Shown here: positions 54,431 to 64,000 of the stretch, piece by piece
How positions within the stretch are numbered: the stretch's first letter is position 1
Layout: each line of letters begins with the position of its first letter
Assembly: GCF_009914755.1 (NCBI RefSeq)
Contig: NC_060947.1
DNA from: the human T2T-CHM13v2.0 reference genome, Homo sapiens
Direction: 5' to 3' (one strand)
DNA length: 64,000 nt
Position numbers and translations under genes: made by a program
Notes under the pieces: model-generated
What the model was told of the DNA's origin: nothing
Databases searched by the model: none
The model's input: only the letters and a program-made list of their open reading frames with translations

Positions 54431-54965
54431 ATGTTCTTTCTTTAATATCTACTTTAAGTCTATCTATTCAGGAACCTTCTGGGCTCTCTTCTAAGATTGG
54501 CCCTCAGTACCATTTCTGTGTGGTTCTCAGGTCCCCTTCTCTCTGCAGACCCCTCCCCTTTGACTCTTTCTCTTCCATGATAAACCCCCTGCTTCAACAA
54601 AGGGAAGAGGTTGGAAATCAGTTTGTCTTGTTGTCCACAATAAAGTTCTGTGATTATTATTATGAGTCAAGACTACACCCTGGAATGCTCTTTGTCCTCT
54701 GCAGATAATGAGCATTCCCTGTACACATCATACTAAAAAAAAAATCCATAATAAGTATAATTATTGTGATTTTTATTAACGTCCTCCAAATGATAATAAT
54801 AGCAGTCATGATAACACTTATTATGCTGTTGATGCATGCCAGATATTTAATCTTTGAGGCAACATTATGAAGTGGGTGTAATGAGCATCACCACTTCATA
54901 TAAATGGAGAATTGGCATCTCTCTACCAAGTATGGAAAGCTGACCAATAGAAATGTTAAGTTGTC

Positions 54966-55270
54966 AGCCGGGTGCAGTGGTGGCTGACGCCTATAATCTC
55001 AGAGTTTTGGGAGGATGAAGCATGAGAAAAATTTGAGGACAGGAGTGGGAGACCAACCTGGGCAACATAGCAAGACTCCATTTCTACAAAAATAAAGAAA
55101 ATAATTAGCCACGCATGGTGGTGCACACCTCCAGTCCTAGCTACTCAAAAGGCTGAGGCAGCTTGAGCCCAGGAGGTGGAAGCTACAGTGAGCTGTGATT
55201 GTACCACTGCATTCAAGCCTGGATAACAGAGTGAGACCCTCGTCTCTAAAAAAATTTCTTTAAAAAAAAA
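54966..55270 (+). mobile_element. AluJ SINE
   Basis: Diverged full dimer with A tail. Confidence 0.9.
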
Positions 55271-55424
55271 GAAAAGTTGAGCTATTGAGTCAAGACTCCA
55301 AGGGCTGAGTCATAATGCAACTATGCTGCTTAGTTAATATTAATTAAATTAAATAAATTAATATTAAACCACGCTTGTCTGGTGCAGGTACAGGGAGTGT
55401 GACTGATATCCATCTTACATCAAT

Positions 55425-55615
55425 TTACTTCCTGATACTTCATTTACTGTGGTATGAACTCGGACAAGAACGTAACCATTCTGTGCCTCTGTTTCTTTAT
55501 CTGGAAAGTGGGAAGGAAGTAACAATGTGTACCTCTAAGGACTGGCATGAGTTAATTTATAAAATGCTTGTAAGAATCATGACCTACATTCATTGCTCAT
55601 AAACAACAGCTACTG
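55425..55615. mobile_element. MIR SINE fragment
   Basis: AACCATTCTGTGCCTCTGTTTCTTTATCTGGAAAGTGGGA..GTACCTC..GCTCATAAA. Confidence 0.65.
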
Positions 55616-55783
55616 GAAGGCAGTTGAGTACATGTTTCTGCAGCTTGGTGAGGGGAACAGACCGGAGATATAAATTTGGAGGTCAGCACATAAAGGTGCT
55701 CCTGGAAGCCATTAGGCTGGATGATAACTCAAGGCAAAAGCATAAATAGTTTCTTCATTTTCTTTAAATTAGGAAGACTAAAC

Positions 55784-56332
55784 TGTATTAGTCAGGGTTC
55801 GCTAGAGGGACAGAACAAATAGGATAGATGTATATATAAAGGGGAGTTTACTAAGAAGTATTGACTCACACAATCACAAGGTGAGGTCCTACAACAGGCC
55901 ATCTGCAAGCCAAGGAGAAAGGAAGCCAGTCCGAGTCCCAAAACCTCAAAAGTAGGGAGGCTGACAGTGCAGCCTTCAGTCTGTGGCCAAAGGCCCGAGA
56001 GCCCCTGGCAAACCACTGGTGTAAGTCCAAGAGTCCAAAAGCTGAAGAACTTGGAGCCTGATGTTCGAGGGCAGGAAGCATACAGCACAGGAGGAAGATG
56101 GAGGTTGGAAGACTCAGACATTCTAGTCCTTCCATGTTCCTTTACCTGCTGTATTCTAAACAGGCTGGTAGCTGATTGGATGGTGCCCACCCAGATTGAG
56201 GTTGAGTCTCCCTCTCCCAGTCCACTGACTCAAATGTCAGTCTCCTTTGGCAACACCCTCACAGACACATCCAGGAACAATACTTTGCATCCTTCAATCC
56301 AAGCAAATTGACACTCAATACTAACCATCACA
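55784..56332 (-). mobile_element. MLT2A2-like (HERV-L) solo LTR
   Basis: TGTATTAGTCAGGGTTC..AGAGGGACAGAAC start, TTGACACTCAATACTAACCATCACA end; 549 bp; TSD TAAAC/AAAAC. Confidence 0.92.
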
Positions 56333-56779
56333 AAAACCCACAATTAAGAGAAAGGAGAAACCTGAAGTTTAAACCATATTGCCCAGCATTGCAGAATCAA
56401 GCCTTTCTAACTGAATGTATTGGGAATAAAATGATTATTCTTTCTCCAGAGCTGCCTCATTTAATCATCCTTTACTCTAATATATTAGTTTCTTCTGGCT
56501 ACTGTAAAAAAAAAAATCAACACAAAGACCATTTGCTTAAAACAATGGATATTTATACTTTCCCAGCCCTAAAGCTCAGAAGTTGGAAATGAAGATGTTT
56601 CCACAGTTGGTTCCCTCTGGAGGCTCTGAGGAAGAATCCGTTCCTTCCCCCTTTCCTAGCTTCTGGAGGTGGCTGGAAATTCTTGGCATTCTTTGTCTTG
56701 TAGATGCATCACTGCACTCTTTAACTCATCATCCCTTGGGGCTCTTTTGGTGTGTTTCTATATTCAAACCTTCCTCTAA

Positions 56780-57443
<664 letters not shown>

Positions 57444-59169
57444 AAACCTTCTTCTAATTTATCATAAAAAGATTCCAGTTGTTGTGTTGGGGTCAACCCT
57501 AATCCAATATGACCTCCTGTTGACATGCTTATACCTGCAAAGTCCCTACTTCCAAAAAGAGGCATAATATTTACAGGTGCCGAAGGTTAGGATTTGAATA
57601 TGTAGGTGACACAATTCAATTCATTACACCTAGTAATCGCCAACTGAGATAATGTTTTGGAAATTTATGTAGCAATGTTATAAACATGCACCCTAAATCT
57701 AAAACCTCCAGGCACACTTTATCACCAGGTAAGCATTGTCATTTATTGAACCTGGATGGTCTAGCTTCTGGAAGTTGACCAATCAGAGGCAGCAAGAACT
57801 AAGGCATGGAGCTAGACCCTCCCCACCTTGGAAGACCAGGAAGGTGCAACCCAGCTGCCTGGCTGGGAGGAGATGGGAAGTCTGAAGCAGTACATCAGTA
57901 TAAAGAAAATTCCAAGAGCCTTTCTCTTGGAAGACAATAGGAGAGTCTGCAAAGGCCACGCTTCACACACTCGAGAGGAGACCTGGTTGCTGCAATGTGT
58001 GTTGAGAGTTAACGGAGCCATGTGTAATGGGTCATGTCCAAGAACCGGGTTCCCTTCTGAGGAGGGATCTGGTGAGACCAAAGCAGAACCCCTACCCTGA
58101 TAAGATTAGGGTGCTAGGATCAGACAAGGCTTGAGCAAAACACTAAGTCTTCAGATATAGAGCAAAGAGAGCAGTCTTCAGGTTTGGATGTTGGTCCCAA
58201 GGCCGAAAGTCATCAGAACAGGAGCCAAGGAACCAACAATAAGAAGATTGAGTCTCAGAGTGTTGACAAGTCTCTTAAATCCTTCTGCCTAAAATGGAAA
58301 CTTAGGAGTGAGTCCATGGGGAAAAGAAGTAAGCTAAGGTTTGCAGGTGCAAGGTCATGGTCAGACTGTAGCAGAGATTGGGAACCAACATGGTTGGCGA
58401 GACCTATTTGATTATCAAAGTCTTTGGAAAATATTTTGGGGGCTTTTCCGACAATCTAGGGAAGAGGCAGACTCACATGAACCCTCCCTTAGCTTGGGCC
58501 CAAAAATACCAAGATCCTGATATCAACCTGAAAATTAGCATAGATTATTAGGGCATTGAATAAATTCTTGAAAGCGATGCTCTAAAAATAAAATGAAATG
58601 GAAACTCGTGTTTTAAATATTGATGATTCTGGCACCACTGCAGTCCTTTGATATAGATGTTGTTGCTGTAGGCTGAATTAATTAATTAATTTGCATCAGG
58701 CCTCCAAAACTCAATGTGCTTCTTTCTAAACTAATGTGCATGTTCACAAACAAGTCTGTAAGACAGTTGTCAAAGTAGGACATCAAACCCCACCTTGGTT
58801 TCCATCCGTTCAGTGGCTTCAGTTTGACAATTGTTATGGAATCTTCTGGGGCTCTGGCATTTTCAATGCATAATGGAGACACAATTGAGGAAATTTATTT
58901 ATTATTGGGAGACTACTAAAATTCAATACCGAATATCCCTTTAAGCTATTGGCATTACAGTATAGATGTATTTGGTTCACGGTGGTGCAGAAATCTCTTT
59001 CCAACATTGTTGTAGAAAAAATTTGTGGATTGTTTCTTTGAGTCAGGGTCTTTTTTTTTCAGTGGTTATCACTGATGAAAGTGCAGAATTTTCATTTTAT
59101 ATTTTAGTCTTTCTATTGGTAATTATGTCTGTCACTATGCTAACTGTTCATGGTGTAAAGATGAATATG

Positions 59170-59258
59170 GGCTGTTCTGCCTATGGGGTACCCCGGCTGT
59201 CTATGAAACAGCCATTTTCCTGTACTCTGTAGCTCTAAACTTCCTTTGCTTTTACTTA
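59170..59258 (+). mobile_element. ERV1 LTR 3' fragment (LTR8/LTR26/MER41-like)
   Basis: CTGCCTATGGGGTA..CTGTCTATGAAACAGCCATT..TGTACTCTG. Confidence 0.45.
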
Positions 59259-59341
59259 AAAAAAGATGAATAAGACCCAATCCTTACCCTCAACAGGATT
59301 AAAGTCATTAGGGAAATACACACTTTAAAAAGTATTACCAG

Positions 59342-60710
<1,369 letters not shown>

Positions 60711-61293
60711 TCGGTGATCCCTGGACTATCCTGAAATTCTGAGCAAGACATCATCATGATCAAAGCAGGAGTAGTCAGCTTAGCTTTTCTGCGTTATTCA
60801 GAGAGCTTTTTGAGCTGTATCTTGAAGAATGAGGTGGGGTTGAGGTTTCCAGGATCTTTCTGTCATCTTCCCACATTGGTATTGTATTCTGTAGCATTTA
60901 TTGTGACCAACACACATCCCTGAAACCACCAGGGGCTGTTATTTCAGAAAAGTAGATGTAGGACACTAATTTCTCATGCTGCCATTGAAAAGAGAGCCTC
61001 ACCTGCATAACTGAGTTTTTGACATTTTAAATTTTTTTGTTTTAATTAACATCCATCTTAGAATTTTCACTATTGTTCTCCATAATGGGATAAATATATA
61101 AAGTAAATCTCTCAAAAAGACAGGTTTTAAAACACATTGCCTAATGTCAAATTACTCATATAAGGATAAGATTTCAGCCTTGTGATTTTGTAATGTGTCA
61201 ACCTGCCTAGACTAAATTACTTTTCCTAGAATCCTCCCACCTGTGTGTTTCTATCTTTTGTGCCCCACAAAAGCCATTTTTATCCTGGTTTGG

Positions 61294-62061
61294 TGATGAA
61301 GCCGGGACCCCCCTTAAGGGCCTTATGAAAGTGAAGAAAAATCTCGAGTTCCTTCAGGGGAAATTCCAGGCATTTGGCTAGCCTTGAAAAGTAAATGAGT
61401 AACTTGATATCCAAGAAGGTAATGGTACTTTAAAACAACAACCAAGGAAGCTAGAGCCAGGAGATACTAGTTTTAGTTCCTATAGGAACTAAAGATAACA
61501 TCTTGACATAAGTCCCTGAGTTGTTGTTCAGAAACCCAGACCCCCACAAAATGCATCCACTGGAATGTAGACCTCAGTTACGGGGCAACGGGGCAACCGA
61601 GGACTGAACTCTAACCACCATTCTTTATTTTAAATGTCTTCCTGAGGGGGTTGGAGGAAGTCATGTCCATGAGTCAGAGCTAACATTCTTTTCTGCTGAC
61701 CCCAATTTTTAAAAAAACTTCTTTCCCTTAGCTAATGGCAAATCAGAGAATCCTTGAATCTACCTATGACCTGTGAGTCCTCTGCGTCAAGATATCCTGC
61801 CTTTTAGGTCAAAAGCAATGTATAACCTCCTTGTATTGACTTAAGATTTTGCCTGTAGCTTCTACTTTCCTGACATTTACCCCTGTGTTTACAAACCCTT
61901 ACCTGCAAGCCACCGGGCAGGTGGGATCTTAGGCATCAACTGTCCAACTCTCTTTGCTTGGTGCTTGCAAATAAATGCTTCACTTCCTCTCGCTGCCATC
62001 CTAATGTTAGTGTTTGACTTTGCTGTGCCAGGCGAACAGACCCCAGTTCGGTTCTGTAACA
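61294..62061 (+). mobile_element. ERV1 solo LTR (LTR39-like)
   Basis: TGATGAAGCCGGGACCCCCCTTAAGGGCC..GGGAAATTCCAGGCA..; AATAAA; ends GACCCCAGTTCGGTTCTGTAACA; appears nested in an older ERVL-type LTR starting ~61181. Confidence 0.75.
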
Positions 62062-62414
62062 ACATCAGGGCAAAAGTGAAGCTGCAGCCATATTGCTTTT
62101 TTGCAGTCAAAATTAGGGAAACAAATGAGAGCTGTGGTTAGCTCTTACCTGTGGCCTCACCTCCTTTGCATGGGGGTAGCCATGGGACCTGAAGCTGCTC
62201 TACCTTTTACTGGACTCCTTTTCCGGTGTGCATTCAGCTCTGTGAATAAGGGGCCAAGCTTTTGCTGCAGGATGTCTAGGCATCAGAGGGCAGAGAGAAA
62301 AAGACATGGATCACAGATCATCCTCCTCTTTCTAGATCATGCCTGTGGCTCCCAGCTCGTTCTCACGCTCCAATTTTATAGGCAGCTTCCACTCCAGGAA
62401 CCAAGAATTTCCCT

Positions 62415-62889
62415 TGTGAAAGGAAAATAAAAACTCAGGACCCCAGTTTGCTATGCAAAAGAAAAACAAAACAAAAATTTAAGCTAAAAGCTGAGTCATG
62501 CAAGAAGTGGCCTTTTCCTTTTGTTCCTAAGCAGATAGCTACAGATAAAAGGTTAAACATCGCCACAGGTGGCTGCTCTATGTTCACCGTATCTTATGTA
62601 AAGTGCCCATTTACTGAGTGCAAGAGGAATGTACAGTTGACTATTCCTCTACCTGCTCCTTTTCTCTTGCAACCTGTAGATTGAGTAATGTGACCATATC
62701 CTCCCTCTTTCCCCTCTAGCCCACATTTCCCCTTTAAATATTGAAGCCCTCAAAATCATCTTTGGAGAAAGGCACAGACCACACAGCATTTCTGTGATTC
62801 ATGTTGATCTCTTCTGGACATGTCCTTCTTCTTGGCAAAATAAACTTCTAAGTTGATTGAGACCTGTGTCAGATACTTTTTGGTTTACA
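62415..62889 (+). mobile_element. MER4C-like ERV1 solo LTR
   Basis: TGTGAAAGGAAAATAAA..TTTTGGTTTACA; TSD CCCT at 62411-62414 and 62890-62893. Confidence 0.9.
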
Positions 62890-63424
62890 CCCTCAAGGAG
62901 AATCCCGCCTTCCTCACTGCCCAACTGCACCAGGAGTTGTTTGCGGTCTTTTGTGTGCTGATTGGTCATGTTAATCACTTTCTTCTTAGTTGGAAGATAG
63001 AGTTGAGAGCTCAGTGATGTGGTTTTTATATTGTTTCCTGTCCTTCCATGCATGTGGGTCACCACCACCACCCTATCTAGACAGTAACCTCCTCAAAAAC
63101 AGGGACGTCACGTTCTACTCCTATGTCCTTATTCCTTTGCTGATGCCCTGAAAGATATAAATGCAGGGTAGCATGGTTATGCAAGGTGCAAACACATGCT
63201 TCCTTTTGAGTCAGGTGAACTAACACTTGAACAATTAAAAGCAAAGGGCACCGTGATATACAGAGTAGTGCAAACAGACTCACTCAAAATGCAGTATGTG
63301 CGCAGCAGGCAGGGGTTTAAATTGCGTATCTCATGTGTTTGATTGCAAATGAGGAAAACTGTAATAGTCAAAGCTATCTAACATGTAGGTTGTGGTACTA
63401 GACACACAAGCACTCATTGTGGTA

Positions 63425-64000
63425 TGTCAGGTAAAAACACATCTAGATGTAGGAAAGGAAAACTTTATTCAAAAAGATTATTGCAATAAGGAGGGGTACT
63501 GTTCTAATAATGGGAAGGGGAGTATTGGCATGTGGAGCTGCACAGAGGGTAAGATCTTCAAGCATGTCAAAGGTCAGGCAGAAAGGAATTTAGAGACAAT
63601 CCACTGGAAAGGACCAGACGTGGGCGAGTGGGTGACATACTTGGACCAGACAATGTCTTCCTTGTGGTAAGGTCAGTTAATTCTCAGGAGAGACCCTTAA
63701 GAGGGTCTGTGTCCTGGCTCAAACTGAGATTGGGTCAAAGTTCAGAATCCTCTGGGCAAAGCAGAGATGTAAATGAACTGGGTCCAATCCTGTGAATGAG
63801 CATTGCATTCCGATGCATCTGTGGGGAGCAATAGTTTAGCTAACCTTTTATGAGGCAAAAAATAGGAATTTGAAGGGTTTGTGTATGTCTTTGTCGTAAG
63901 TGAAAATGACAGTGGGAGGGCATCCATGAATCTTTTCGAAGGCATGGGGGAAGGGTGGTTTATGGAGTAACCGGTTTCTCAGAACACACCAAAAAGTACA
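63425..64000 (-). mobile_element. ERV1 LTR (MER67/MER31 group), running off the window
   Basis: TGTCAGGTAAAAACA..GACTTTATT-like AAACTTTATTCAAAAAGATTATTGCAATA (antisense poly(A) signal region). Confidence 0.55.

Noticed and set aside
57720-58420. Possible old LTR or promoter (CCAAT box, purine-rich)
   Set aside because: I could not assign termini, TSD or family with confidence

Overview
Primate (human-like) AT-rich, repeat-dense non-coding DNA, intergenic or deep-intronic. I find no intact protein-coding gene, RNA gene or CRISPR array. The only gene-derived sequence is a full-length, disabled processed pseudogene of ribosomal protein S5 (RPS5; minus strand, ~22351-23079), inserted into an L1 3' end. 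The rest is ~20 Alus, L1 3' fragments of several ages, MaLR/ERVL/ERV1 solo LTRs (THE1, MLT1, MLT2A2, LTR27-like, MER4, MER21, LTR39-like), hAT/Tigger DNA-transposon fossils and microsatellites, with several nested insertions that have clear target-site duplications (TSDs). Structures not explained by repeats I recognise are a ~240-bp diverged inverted repeat (49317-49902 / 50907-51143), two diverged direct duplications (18222/19380 and 24594/27433), an internally amplified four-unit Alu, a perfect 13-bp hairpin with a template-switch signature, and a CpG- and homeobox-motif-rich candidate enhancer at ~32.3-33.1 kb. Subfamily names come from my recall of consensus sequences and need RepeatMasker/Dfam confirmation. 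I see no convincing evidence for a novel biological system.
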